NCBI GenBank assembly: GCA_964388765.1
Contig: CAYMBU010000001.1
Location: forward strand, 596 to 64,595
Length of the DNA: 64,000 bases
Reading direction: 5' to 3'
Source of the DNA: an uncultured Eubacterium sp.
GTDB taxonomy: Bacteria > Bacillota > Clostridia > Peptostreptococcales > Anaerovoracaceae
Part shown: positions 1 to 9,184 of the stretch, one piece after another
Layout of the letters: each line of letters begins with the position of its first letter
How positions within the stretch are numbered: position 1 is the stretch's first letter
Translations under genes and position numbers: made by a program
The notes under the pieces: generated by a model
What the model saw: only the letters and a program-made list of their open reading frames with translations
The model's database searches: none
What the model was told of the DNA's origin: nothing

Positions 1-1
1 C

Positions 2-1111
2 CTGTTTCTTTTCGTCGAGATCTTTCTTCAGGTGGTCACGGATCAGGTCAAGCGTAAGTGTCGAGCTCGACGTCATTACGAGTGATGACAATGTCGACAT
101 GGACGCTGAGAGCACCAGCACGACGACTACCGCGATCAGAAGATCCGGAAGTCCGGAAAGCATCGCAGGTATAACAGAGTCGAATCCGTTGGCCTCGATG
201 TCTACCATGTCTGAGAACAGCCGTCCGAAACCGCCGAGGAAGTAGCACCCTCCTGCTACGAGGAAAGCGAATACTGTGGAGATAACTGTACCTGTCTCAA
301 CAGACTTTTCACTTCTGATGGCGTAGAACTTCTGTACCATCTGAGGAAGCCCCCATGTGCCGAGTGAAGTCAGGATGACTACTCCGAGCAGGTTCAGCGG
401 ATCAGGTCCGAAGAATGACGCGAACACGCCCGGCGTCGAGCTTATCGTTTCATCCGTGACACGGCCCATGCCGTCAAGCGCAGCCATGAAGCCGCCTTTG
501 CTCATCAGTACGGCACCGACGACTGCAACGATACCGACGATCATGATCAGTCCCTGGATGAAGTCGTTTATCGCCGTCGCCATATATCCTCCGGCTATTA
601 CGTAGATTCCCGTAAGCACGGCCATTACGACGACGCAGACGCTGTAGTCGATATTGAACGCCATTCCGAAAAGACGGGACAGGCCGTTATACAGCGATGC
701 GGTGTACGGTATCAGGAATATGAATGTTATGATCGACGCGCCGATCTGGAGCGATTTGTTGTCGAATCTCTTTCCGAAGAAGTCCGGCATGGTCGCCGAG
801 TCGAGATACTGAGTCATTATCCTGGTCCTTCTTCCGAGGATCCTCCACGCCATGAGAGACCCGATGAGCGCGTTTCCTATGCCGATCCAGGTCGCGGCGA
901 TACCGTATTTCCATCCGAACTGTCCGGCATATCCGACGAATATTACCGCCGAGAAGTAAGATGTTCCATAAGCAAAAGCCGTGAGCCACGGTCCAACTGA
1001 ACGGCCTGCAAGAACAAAGCCGTTAACATTGGTTGCGTGGCGCCTGCAGTATAGACCTATACCGATCATGACGCCGAAAAAGATGATGAGTAACAATACC
1101 TTGATAAACAT
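2..1111 (-). CDS. Sodium:solute symporter family protein (PutP/PanF-like), runs off the left edge
   Basis: Not in the ORF track. Hand translation from ATG at 1111: MFIKVLLLIIFFGVMIGIGLYCRRHATNVNGFVLAGRSVGPWLTAFAYGTSYFSAVIFVGYAGQFGW..., with the typical SSS F-LAGR-GPW start. Last visible gene of the ior/paaK operon. Confidence 0.88.
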   Translation of the reverse strand, partial: MFIKVLLLIIFFGVMIGIGLYCRRHATNVNGFVLAGRSVGPWLTAFAYGTSYFSAVIFVGYAGQFGWKYGIAATWIGIGNALIGSLMAWRILGRRTRIMTQYLDSATMPDFFGKRFDNKSLQIGASIITFIFLIPYTASLYNGLSRLFGMAFNIDYSVCVVVMAVLTGIYVIAGGYMATAINDFIQGLIMIVGIVAVVGAVLMSKGGFMAALDGMGRVTDETISSTPGVFASFFGPDPLNLLGVVILTSLGTWGLPQMVQKFYAIRSEKSVETGTVISTVFAFLVAGGCYFLGGFGRLFSDMVDIEANGFDSVIPAMLSGLPDLLIAVVVVLVLSASMSTLSSLVMTSSSTLTLDLIRDHLKKDLDEKKQ

Positions 1112-1129
1112 ACTGTTTTATTTCCCCCT

Positions 1130-1561
1130 TTACAGATCAGCCATGTCTTCCTGGCTGAGGACTTTGATGCCGTTTGATACAAGCGCCGCTGACGCCTTCG
1201 CGTCGTCGTGCACCTTGAAGATCATATAGGCGTTGCTGCCTTCTGCTGAAAGGATCGCGTACATATACTCAAGATTGATATTGTTGTCTGTGAAGATCTT
1301 CAGGACTTTGTTGAGGGCTCCCGGCTCATCAGGGATCTCAGCCGCGACAACAGGAGTCAGCCTGCTGATATAACCCTCTTCATTCAGGATCGTTACTGTC
1401 TCAAGTACGTCGTCTACGATGAATCTCGCAATACCGAAGTCTGTAGTCTCGGCAAGTGAAAGAGCTCTCAGGTCGACGTTGTGGTCCGAAAGTGTTTCAG
1501 TCAGCTGATTCAGCTGGCCCGGTTTATTCTCCAGAAATACGGAGATCTGTTTAACTGACAT
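1130..1561 (-). CDS. Double ACT-domain amino-acid-binding protein
   Basis: KQISVFLENKPGQL and IPDEPGAL..NLEYMYA are tandem ACT repeats; commonly adjacent to paaK. Confidence 0.9.
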   Translation of the reverse strand: MSVKQISVFLENKPGQLNQLTETLSDHNVDLRALSLAETTDFGIARFIVDDVLETVTILNEEGYISRLTPVVAAEIPDEPGALNKVLKIFTDNNINLEYMYAILSAEGSNAYMIFKVHDDAKASAALVSNGIKVLSQEDMADL

Positions 1562-1580
1562 TTTATTTCCCTCCTTAGAA

Positions 1581-2882
1581 TCATATCTTACGCTTGTCGA
1601 TGACGCGGACTGCCTTGCCTTCGCTTCTCGCGATCGTCTTAGGCGCTACAAGTGATACGTTGGCCTTGATGCCGAGCATGGACTTGAGTCCATCTACGAG
1701 CTCATGCTGACGCTCGGAGATCTCGCCCAGGTTGTCTGTGAACATTTCCTGGGTCATTTCGACCTGAACGTCAAGTGTGTCGGTATTGTTCACGCGGTCA
1801 ACGATGATCTGATAGTTGGCCGGATAGCCTTTGTTCAGGAGCACCGTCTCGATCTGCGACGGGAATACGTTGACGCCGCGGATGATCAGCATATCATCTG
1901 TACGTCCTCTCGGTCTGGACATCTTGACGAATGTACGGCCGCATGAGCACTGCTTTCTGGAAAGTGAGCATATGTCGCGCGTACGGTATCTAAGGAGCGG
2001 GAATGCTTCCTTATCGAGTGATGTGAATACGAGCTCTCCCATCTCGCCTTCCGGCAGGACCTCTCCTGTCTCAGGATCGATGATCTCTGCGATGAAGTGG
2101 TCTTCATTTACATGCATGCCGCTCTGCTCTGAGCATTCGAATGAAACTCCCGGACCTGACAGCTCTGTCAGCCCGTAAATATCATATGCTTTGATCCCCA
2201 TCGTCTTCTCGATGTCGTGGCGCATCTCTTCGCTCCATGCCTCAGCTCCGAATATTCCTGCTTTCAGAGGAATTTCCTCCGGCGTCATTCCCATCTCTTT
2301 CATTGTCTCGCCGATATATGCGGCGTAGCTCGGAGTGCAGCAGAGGATAGTTGCCGAGAGATCCTTTATGAACATGATCTGGCGCTCTGTATTGCCGGAG
2401 CTCGTCGGAATGGTAAGACATCCGACCTTATGGCTTCCGCCGTTCAGCCCCGGGCCTCCTGTGAAGAGGCCGTAGCCGTAGGATACCTGACATACGTCTT
2501 CTTTGGTTCCGCCCGCTGCGACGATAGCTCTTGCGCAGCATTCTTCCCAGAGATTGATGTCATGCTGCGTGTAGAAAGCCACGACACGCTTTCCTGTCGT
2601 ACCTGAAGTAGACTGGATACGAACGCAGTCCTTCAGCGGTTTCCCGAGAAGACCGTAAGGATATGCTTCTCTCAGATCCGCTTTGCTCAGAAACGGCAGC
2701 TTGTGCAGGTCTTCTGTCGACTGGATGTCGTCAGGCGTCAGGCCTGCTTCTTCCATTTTCTTTCGGTAGTACGGAACGTCGTCCCATACGTGCCGGACCT
2801 GTTTGACGAGTTTCTCGTCCTGGATCTTCTTCAGTGTTTCTCTCGAGGCACACTCGATCTTTTTCTGGAAATACTTAATCAT
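1581..2882 (-). CDS. paaK: Phenylacetate-CoA ligase
   Basis: QSTSGTTGK AMP-binding loop, YGYGLFTGG, DIYGLTE, RYRTRD, GRTDDMLIIRGVNVFPSQIE. Confidence 0.95.
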   Translation of the reverse strand: MIKYFQKKIECASRETLKKIQDEKLVKQVRHVWDDVPYYRKKMEEAGLTPDDIQSTEDLHKLPFLSKADLREAYPYGLLGKPLKDCVRIQSTSGTTGKRVVAFYTQHDINLWEECCARAIVAAGGTKEDVCQVSYGYGLFTGGPGLNGGSHKVGCLTIPTSSGNTERQIMFIKDLSATILCCTPSYAAYIGETMKEMGMTPEEIPLKAGIFGAEAWSEEMRHDIEKTMGIKAYDIYGLTELSGPGVSFECSEQSGMHVNEDHFIAEIIDPETGEVLPEGEMGELVFTSLDKEAFPLLRYRTRDICSLSRKQCSCGRTFVKMSRPRGRTDDMLIIRGVNVFPSQIETVLLNKGYPANYQIIVDRVNNTDTLDVQVEMTQEMFTDNLGEISERQHELVDGLKSMLGIKANVSLVAPKTIARSEGKAVRVIDKRKI

Positions 2883-2973
2883 TGTCTAATACCCTCCCTG
2901 GTATCTTTCATCCGGTATTTCTTGCTGTCTTTCTTTTCTGCTTACGCGGATTTGATAAAAGTGATAGAAATAA

Positions 2974-3549
2974 TTACATGGCGTCGCGCCCGAGCGCGAA
3001 CGCTTTCTTATTGAGTTCAAGGAACTTCTCAGGCACATTTGCCTCGAGAGCCTTCATCCACGCCTCTTCAGGAAGATCGAAATAATGTGACAGTCTTCCC
3101 ATGAGCACGAGGTTCACTGCCTTGACGGAACCTGCCTCTTCGGCAAGCTTCACGCAGTCAAGGGCGTCAACTTTGGCGCCGCTCGCCTGAAGCTTCTTCA
3201 CGAGATCCCCTGGATATTCCGCCGCGCCTGTGATCACAGGCATCGGATCTATCTGCTGAATGTTCGTAACGATACGGCCGTCTTTCTTAAGGAACGGCAG
3301 CCATCTCGCGGCCTCCAGCAGCTCGAACGATACGATGAAATCTGCTTCTCCCTTATCGATGACAGGAGAATAAACTTTATCTCCGTATCTTACATAAGTT
3401 ACGACTGAGCCGCCGCGCTGGGACATTCCGTGCACCTCGGATACTTTTACGTCGTATCCCTCAGCAAGAAGAAGTGAGCCCAGCATCTTGCTTGCAAGCA
3501 GACTTCCCTGTCCGCCTACGCCTACTATCATTATGTTCCTGGTTTCCAT
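2974..3549 (-). CDS. iorB: Indolepyruvate (arylpyruvate):ferredoxin oxidoreductase beta subunit
   Basis: GVGGQG, SEVHGMSQRGGSV; adjacent to iorA. Confidence 0.93.
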   Translation of the reverse strand: METRNIMIVGVGGQGSLLASKMLGSLLLAEGYDVKVSEVHGMSQRGGSVVTYVRYGDKVYSPVIDKGEADFIVSFELLEAARWLPFLKKDGRIVTNIQQIDPMPVITGAAEYPGDLVKKLQASGAKVDALDCVKLAEEAGSVKAVNLVLMGRLSHYFDLPEEAWMKALEANVPEKFLELNKKAFALGRDAM

Positions 3550-3551
3550 GG

Positions 3552-5321
3552 CTACTCCTCCCTTCCTGTCTTTGGCGTCTCAACAGCAGGTCCCGCTGTT
3601 GATTCCAGAGCGCCGACTTTACAGAGCTGGCTGCATACCCCGCACCCTACGCAGAGTGTATCGTCGACATGCGCCTTGCCGTCTTTTATCGATATCGAAG
3701 GGCATCCGATCTTCATGCACATTTTGCAGCCGACGCATTTGTCTGTGTTGACTCTGAGCGGAGCATCGTGCTTTACATATTTCAGCAGTGTGCACGGACG
3801 TCTTGAAATGATCACAGAAGGCTCCTTTGCCGCGAGCTCTTCTTTGATCGCTTTATCTGTCTCCTCCAGGTCATACGGATCCACGACTCTTACTCTGTTG
3901 ATGCCCATGGCTTTTACCAGAGCCTCAAGGTCGATCTTGCCTGCAGGGTCGCCTTTGATGTTGTATCCCGTCAGCGGGTTCTGCTGGTGACCTGTCATTC
4001 CTGTTATGGAATTGTCCAGAACGATGACTGTCGAATTGGACTGGTTGTACGCGATGTTCGCCAGACCCGTCATGCCGCTGTGCATGAACGTAGAATCGCC
4101 GAGGACACCTACTGTCTTTCCTTCAGAAGCTCCGCCTGTAGCTGTATTGAAACCGTGAACGGCACCGAACGACGCTCCCATGCAGAGGGTCATCTCCATG
4201 GCACAGAGAGGCGGCGCGGCGGAAAGTGTATAGCAGCCGATGTCTCCGAGTACTGTTACCTTGTTCTTTGCAAGCTCATAGAAGAGACCTCTGTGCGGAC
4301 ATCCTGAACACATTACAGGTGGACGTACAGGGATCTGGTCATCGAGTGCCTTTCCTTCGCATACTTCTTCTCCGAATGTCTTCGCGATGAGATTCTGTGA
4401 AAACTCTCCGCAGATCGGAAGGATGTCTTTGCCGCTCACTTCCAGGCCAAGCTTTCTGCAGTGGTTCTCGATGATAGGGTCGAGCTCTTCAACGACTACC
4501 AACTTGTCCACCTTTGCGGCAAAATCCTTTATGAGCTTTTCCGGAAGAGGATTTGCCATTCCGAGTTTCAGAACTGATACTCTGTTGCCGAACACTTCCT
4601 TTACATACTGGTATGAAGTGCTTGACGTTATGATGCCCATCTCTGTTCCGCCGATCTCGATCCTGTTGACCGGTGACGTTTCCGCATATTCGATCAGCTT
4701 CTTTGTACGCTCTTCAACGAACGGGTGGCGCTTGATCGCGTTTCCTGGAGTCATTACATACTTGGAGATAGTCTTTTCATATTCCTTCTTAGGAACGGTG
4801 CGCTCACCCGGATCCACTACGGACTGGCTGTGCGCCACGCGCGTGCACATTTTCAGAAGCACAGGCGTGTCATATTCTTCCGAGATCTCATACGCGAGCT
4901 TTGCGAACTCATATGCCTCCTGTGAGTCTGAAGGCTCCAGCATAGGTATCTTGGACGCTATCGCATGATGGCGGCTGTCTTGCTCATTCTGTGAAGAATG
5001 CATGCCTGCGTCGTCCGCGACTCCAATGACCATGCCCGCGTTGACTCCCGTGTATGACATGGTATACAGAGGGTCTGCGGCAACATTCAGTCCTACGTGC
5101 TTCATACCGCAGAATGAACGTGATCCCGCAAGGCACGCGCCGAAGGCTGATTCCATAGCCACTTTCTCATTCGGCGCCCACTCGCTGTAGACATCGTCGA
5201 ATTTCGCGATCTCTTCTGTTATCTCCGTGCTTGGAGTTCCCGGGTAGCTGGATGCAAAGCAGCAGCCTGCGTCATACAGTCCGCGAGCGACCGCCTTGTT
5301 CCCTAACATCAGTTGTTTCAT
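3552..5321 (-). CDS. iorA: Indolepyruvate (arylpyruvate):ferredoxin oxidoreductase alpha subunit
   Basis: YPGTPSTEI, EWAPNEKVA, MKHVGLNVAAD, CSGCPHR, GDIGCY, GDSTFMHSG TPP motif, C-terminal 2x[4Fe-4S]. Confidence 0.95.
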   Translation of the reverse strand: MKQLMLGNKAVARGLYDAGCCFASSYPGTPSTEITEEIAKFDDVYSEWAPNEKVAMESAFGACLAGSRSFCGMKHVGLNVAADPLYTMSYTGVNAGMVIGVADDAGMHSSQNEQDSRHHAIASKIPMLEPSDSQEAYEFAKLAYEISEEYDTPVLLKMCTRVAHSQSVVDPGERTVPKKEYEKTISKYVMTPGNAIKRHPFVEERTKKLIEYAETSPVNRIEIGGTEMGIITSSTSYQYVKEVFGNRVSVLKLGMANPLPEKLIKDFAAKVDKLVVVEELDPIIENHCRKLGLEVSGKDILPICGEFSQNLIAKTFGEEVCEGKALDDQIPVRPPVMCSGCPHRGLFYELAKNKVTVLGDIGCYTLSAAPPLCAMEMTLCMGASFGAVHGFNTATGGASEGKTVGVLGDSTFMHSGMTGLANIAYNQSNSTVIVLDNSITGMTGHQQNPLTGYNIKGDPAGKIDLEALVKAMGINRVRVVDPYDLEETDKAIKEELAAKEPSVIISRRPCTLLKYVKHDAPLRVNTDKCVGCKMCMKIGCPSISIKDGKAHVDDTLCVGCGVCSQLCKVGALESTAGPAVETPKTGREE

Positions 5322-5369
5322 AAGCCTGTCACCTCTTGATTCATTGCTTTTTCGTCATTTGCTGTTCTG

Positions 5370-5403
5370 AATAAAACAAAGCCGCACAGATATTTGTGCG
5401 GCT
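5370..5403 (-). terminator. Attenuator terminator in the iorA leader
   Basis: Minus-strand RNA AGCCGCACA-AAUAUC-UGUGCGGCU followed by UUGUUUUAUU, between the promoter and iorA. Confidence 0.85.
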
Positions 5404-5446
5404 CAGATCTCATATTGGTTTATCACTTGTTGTCCGTGTCCCTGCA

Positions 5447-5458
5447 GCACAAATATCT
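5447..5458 (-). promoter_or_regulatory. Antiterminator strand of the iorA attenuator
   Basis: 5447-5458 (gcacaaatatct) is the exact 12-nt reverse complement of 5388-5399 (agatatttgtgc), which covers the terminator 5' arm and loop. Confidence 0.8.
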
Positions 5459-5464
5459 CTTACC

Positions 5465-5527
5465 TTAGTCCTTAAAGTAAAAGTAGTAGTAATATTCAGC
5501 TGCAAAGATAACGGAATATTTTCTCAT
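5465..5527 (-). CDS. Tyr/Phe-rich attenuator leader peptide MRKYSVIFAAEYYYYFYFKD
   Basis: 20-codon ORF with AAAGGA RBS, seven consecutive aromatic codons (YYYYFYF); stop codon lies 6 nt before the antiterminator strand. Confidence 0.85.
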   Translation of the reverse strand: MRKYSVIFAAEYYYYFYFKD

Positions 5528-5554
5528 GATCGTTTCCTTTCATTAGTTGTGTAA

Positions 5555-5584
5555 ATAATATCACTATTTTCCTTGGCGTGTCAA
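5555..5584 (-). promoter_or_regulatory. SigmaA-type promoter of the leader/ior operon
   Basis: TTGACA-N18-TATTAT with an extended TGn -10. Confidence 0.7.
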
Positions 5585-5592
5585 GAAAAGAA

Positions 5593-5621
5593 TTGATTTG
5601 AAAATGTTTTTACAGTATTAT
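5593..5621 (+). promoter_or_regulatory. Divergent sigmaA-type promoter for the acyl-CoA synthetase
   Basis: TTGATT-N17-TATTAT upstream of the AAAGGAG RBS. Confidence 0.55.
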
Positions 5622-5666
5622 TTAGTAGAACATTTTAACGATCAAAGTAAAGGAGTTTTATAGATC

Positions 5667-7301
5667 ATGCCTATTACAGATCTGCTGGAAAGAAACAGCA
5701 AATTATATGGAAACGAAGTCGCTCTGGTGGAGATAGATCCTCAGATAACAGAGCGTCAGAGAGTGACATGGAAGGAATACGAGCTTGTACAGCCAACGCA
5801 TAACGAGTTCTACCGCCGTGAGATCACATGGTCGGTCTTTGATGAAAAAGCGAACCGCGTGGCCAACCTCCTCATATCCCGCGGCATCAAAAAAGGCCAG
5901 AAGTGCGCCGTGCTGCTGATGAACTGCCTGGAGTGGCTGCCTATTTATTTCGGTATCCTGAAGACAGGCGCCATCGCAGTCCCTCTGAACTTCCGCTACA
6001 CATCGGACGAGATCGAGTACTGCATCAAGAAAGCCGACGCGGATGTGCTGTTCTACGGACCTGAGTTTATCGGCCGTGTTGAGGACATCATCGACCACCT
6101 CGACAAAGACCATCTTCTGTTCTTCGTCGGAGATTCATGTCCGAACTATGCGGACGACTACTACAAACAGGTCTCCAATTGTTCCAGCGTCGCTCCTAAA
6201 GTACTTATTGAAGATAAAGACAAGGCGGCTATATATTATTCATCAGGCACTACCGGTCTTCCGAAAGCGATCCTGCACAATCATCTGGCGCTGATGCAGT
6301 CTGCCCAGATGGAAGCCATACATCACGAGACGACGAAGAACGACGTGTTCCTCTGCATCCCGCCGCTCTACCATACGGGCGCCAAGATGCACTGGTTTGG
6401 CTCGCTCTACACGGGAAGCCGTGCAGTCCTTCTGAAGGGCAACACACCAAAGGCGATCATGGATGCTGTATCCAATGAGGGATGCACTATCGTCTGGCTG
6501 CTCGTTCCGTGGGCGCAGGATCTTCTGATCGCGCTGGATAACGGCGAGATCAAGCTGGAAGATTACCGCACTTCACAGTGGCGTCTGATGCATATCGGCG
6601 CGCAGCCTGTTCCGCCAAGCCTCATCAAGCACTGGCTTGAATACTTCCCGAACCATCAGTACGATACCAACTACGGCCTGTCTGAGTCCACAGGTCCGGG
6701 ATGCGTCCATCTCGGCATGGAGAATATCAATAAGGTCGGAGCCATCGGTATTCCGGGCTACGGCTGGAAGACCAAGATCGTTGATGAGAACGGCAAGAAA
6801 GTCGAGCAGGGCCAGGTCGGAGAGCTTTGTGTAAAGGGACCGGGCGTCATGCTTGAATATTACAAAGACCCTGAAGCTACGGCCGAAGTCCTGAAGAAGG
6901 GATGGCTGTACACCGGCGATATGGCACAGCAGGATGAAGACGGATTCATCTTCCTGGTAGACCGTAAGAAGGACGTTATCATCAGCGGAGGCGAGAACCT
7001 GTATCCTGTACAGATCGAAGCTTTCCTCAGCGCCATGCCTAAGGTACATGACGTCGCGGTTATCGGTCTTCCGGACAAGAGGCTCGGTGAGATCGCCACA
7101 GCTATCATCCAGGTCAAGGACGGCATGGAGTGCACCGAAGACGAGATCAACCAGTTCTGTCTGGACCTGCCGCGCTACAAGAGGCCTCGCAAGATCATCT
7201 TCGCCGACGTTCCAAGAAATGCCACCGGCAAGATCGAGAAGCCGAAGCTGCGCGAGCGCTACGGAAGCCAGCGTCTCGTAGAGATGGAGAACAAGGGCTG
7301 A
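5667..7301 (+). CDS. Acyl-CoA synthetase / AMP-binding enzyme (class I adenylate-forming)
   Basis: YYSSGTTGLPK, NYGLSE, WLYTGD, DRKKDVIISGGENLYP, PRNATGKI. Confidence 0.92.
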   Translation: MPITDLLERNSKLYGNEVALVEIDPQITERQRVTWKEYELVQPTHNEFYRREITWSVFDEKANRVANLLISRGIKKGQKCAVLLMNCLEWLPIYFGILKTGAIAVPLNFRYTSDEIEYCIKKADADVLFYGPEFIGRVEDIIDHLDKDHLLFFVGDSCPNYADDYYKQVSNCSSVAPKVLIEDKDKAAIYYSSGTTGLPKAILHNHLALMQSAQMEAIHHETTKNDVFLCIPPLYHTGAKMHWFGSLYTGSRAVLLKGNTPKAIMDAVSNEGCTIVWLLVPWAQDLLIALDNGEIKLEDYRTSQWRLMHIGAQPVPPSLIKHWLEYFPNHQYDTNYGLSESTGPGCVHLGMENINKVGAIGIPGYGWKTKIVDENGKKVEQGQVGELCVKGPGVMLEYYKDPEATAEVLKKGWLYTGDMAQQDEDGFIFLVDRKKDVIISGGENLYPVQIEAFLSAMPKVHDVAVIGLPDKRLGEIATAIIQVKDGMECTEDEINQFCLDLPRYKRPRKIIFADVPRNATGKIEKPKLRERYGSQRLVEMENKG

Positions 7302-7317
7302 TACAGATGATATCAAT

Positions 7318-7360
7318 AAAAAGTACGATCGTTCACCCGAGCGACCGTACTTTTCTTTTT
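7318..7360. terminator. Bidirectional intrinsic terminator
   Basis: aaaagtacgatcgttc...gagcgaccgtactttt hairpin with A and T tails between convergent genes. Confidence 0.7.
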
Positions 7361-7373
7361 ATGTGAAACTGCA

Positions 7374-7550
7374 TTACTGTTCTATCTCAGCGCCGAACGG
7401 CATGAGCCAGAGCTTTGCGATCTTGACAAACTGTCCTGCGAACGGTATCCCGATCACCGTGATGCAGCATACTATGCCGGCAAAAAACCATGCCAGCCCG
7501 TTAGCCCAGCCACCGAAAATGAACCATATTATGTTACCCAGTGTTCTCAT
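7374..7550 (-). CDS. Small YccF-domain membrane protein (58 aa)
   Basis: Hand translation MRTLGNIIWFIFGGW...CCITVIGIPFAGQFVKIAKLWLMPFGAEIEQ matches the YccF repeat pattern (LGN.IW..FGG...TIIGIP...PFG). Confidence 0.8.
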   Translation of the reverse strand: MRTLGNIIWFIFGGWANGLAWFFAGIVCCITVIGIPFAGQFVKIAKLWLMPFGAEIEQ

Positions 7551-7689
7551 TATTTATCAGTCCTTTACTTTTCCCCTGTATGTATTTGCCCGTATACCCA
7601 GATAGCACAGGTTTCCGCGGGTGGGTCCCGCTTGCCTATGAGCCTGTATATCTCATATCTATATTACGGCCAGGGGGGACCGGCCGCAA

Positions 7690-7845
7690 TCAGTATTTCC
7701 TGCTTTTGTTCTCAAGCGCTCTCGTGCCGATAAAGCCGAGCAGTGTGACGAGCAGGTCATCGACAGGTCCCGGTACTGCGTCTACAGGTGATACCACGTA
7801 GAGCATGATCAGCGCGACCAGAAGTCCTTTTAAAGTCTTGTTCAT
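7690..7845 (-). CDS. Small DUF1232/YkvA-like membrane protein (51 aa)
   Basis: Hand translation MNKTLKGLLVALIMLYVVSPVDAVPGPVDDLLVTLLG...; Y..SP.D..P...DD motif; GGAGG RBS. Confidence 0.7.
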   Translation of the reverse strand: MNKTLKGLLVALIMLYVVSPVDAVPGPVDDLLVTLLGFIGTRALENKSRKY

Positions 7846-7859
7846 TATCTTTACCTCCT

Positions 7860-8798
7860 TCATGCAACTTCGGTATCCGGCCTTTCCATAGGTCTTTTAC
7901 CGAACATATCCTTCAGTTTTTTCAGAACATTCTCACCCGCCCTGCCGGAGCACGTACTCACGAATCTGGAGTACTCCTCTGCGATCTTCACGCAGTCTAC
8001 CGGGCACGGTACCAGTACAGGTCTTATGCTCTGCCTCAGGAGACTGCTGATCTCCTGCATCTCCTTTGGTGAGATATGACGCTTGCCGTCGCTGAATCCT
8101 CTTATGTCGCCGAGTACCGTGCTCAGGCAGCTTACGGGGATCCTGCCATACCGGTCTGTTACTCTGACTTTATTGTCAGGCACGAGCAGAATGCTGTAAT
8201 ATGGCACATTCATATGTTTCTTCAGCACGTTTCTGAGCACGAGTTCTTTACAGTTTATCGTGTCCGCAAGGTTTTCTGCCTGTACCGGTCCGGAAACCGT
8301 GCTCATGTCACCGGCTTCTGCCGTCCTGATCATTCCTTTCTCGTCCCATATCATGCCCTGGCTGAAATTCCTTACCTCGATCACGAATACGCCGTAAGGC
8401 GTAATGACCACTGAATCGATGTCCGTATGGTCTTTCCCGTTCTGCAGCTCTACTCCGTACAGCACTTCCATCTCCTCGCCCGGGAGGATCCTGCTGAGCA
8501 CTCGTCTGGCACGCTCTTCTCCTGCGATGCTGCTCCACCAGGAGGCTATCGTTTCGCTTGCCTTGTCAAGGTTCCTCTTCAGATCCTGGAAGCCTCTGTC
8601 CGAACCAAGTCCATATGTGTCAGCCACCGCTTCAAGGTCTCTTGTGAAATACTTGCGGTTGACCAGATCCTTATTGAATCTCGCTCTGAAATCTCTGATT
8701 ATCTCGTCCTGGAATTCGCAGAGAAGTGCTGCGCCTTCCTCTCTCGTATACATTTTGCCGGGAACAGTTCCCCTGCAGTTGATATCAACTTTCTTCAT
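7860..8798 (-). CDS. NERD (nuclease-related domain) protein
   Basis: AGEE.A...L, DIDSVVITPYGVFVIEVRN is the NERD core. Start moved to MKKVDINC (8798), behind GGAAAGGAGG. Confidence 0.8.
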   Translation of the reverse strand: MKKVDINCRGTVPGKMYTREEGAALLCEFQDEIIRDFRARFNKDLVNRKYFTRDLEAVADTYGLGSDRGFQDLKRNLDKASETIASWWSSIAGEERARRVLSRILPGEEMEVLYGVELQNGKDHTDIDSVVITPYGVFVIEVRNFSQGMIWDEKGMIRTAEAGDMSTVSGPVQAENLADTINCKELVLRNVLKKHMNVPYYSILLVPDNKVRVTDRYGRIPVSCLSTVLGDIRGFSDGKRHISPKEMQEISSLLRQSIRPVLVPCPVDCVKIAEEYSRFVSTCSGRAGENVLKKLKDMFGKRPMERPDTEVA

Positions 8799-8964
8799 TA
8801 TTGCGTTCGCCTCCTTTCCACATATCCGACGAACCTGTGGTATCTGCTCTATCAAAATCCTTAAACTCTGACTGATCCTGAAGCCCGAGCTCTTCAGCAT
8901 ATTCCGGGTTCTTTTCCGCTTCTTCGATCAGCCTGCATCTCATTATCCTCTGCGCTATGGTCAT
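8785..8964 (-). CDS. Small hypothetical protein (59 aa) coupled to the NERD gene
   Basis: MTIAQRIMRCRLIEEAEKNPEYAEELGL...; AAGGA RBS; overlaps the NERD start. Confidence 0.55.
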   Translation of the reverse strand: MTIAQRIMRCRLIEEAEKNPEYAEELGLQDQSEFKDFDRADTTGSSDMWKGGERNNEES

Positions 8965-9184
8965 TTCTGTTTTCCTTCTTTTATACTTTTCCTTGTGTAT
9001 ATATATAGTACAATGCAAAGCGCCCGCGATAAACGTCCGGTACGGCGGATTAGGCATGGATAATCCTTTTATACATGAGAATTAACCGCTGTATATATGT
9101 TATAATGTGTCAAAGAGGACGGCTTTTGACGGCGCCGGGCTGTCAGCCATGTCCGTATCAGGGGAAGATCCGGAGGTGTCCCGA

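Noticed and set aside
5322-5550. T-box riboswitch upstream of iorA
   Set aside because: No AAxxxGGGTGGxACC T-box consensus seen; the leader-peptide model explains the elements.
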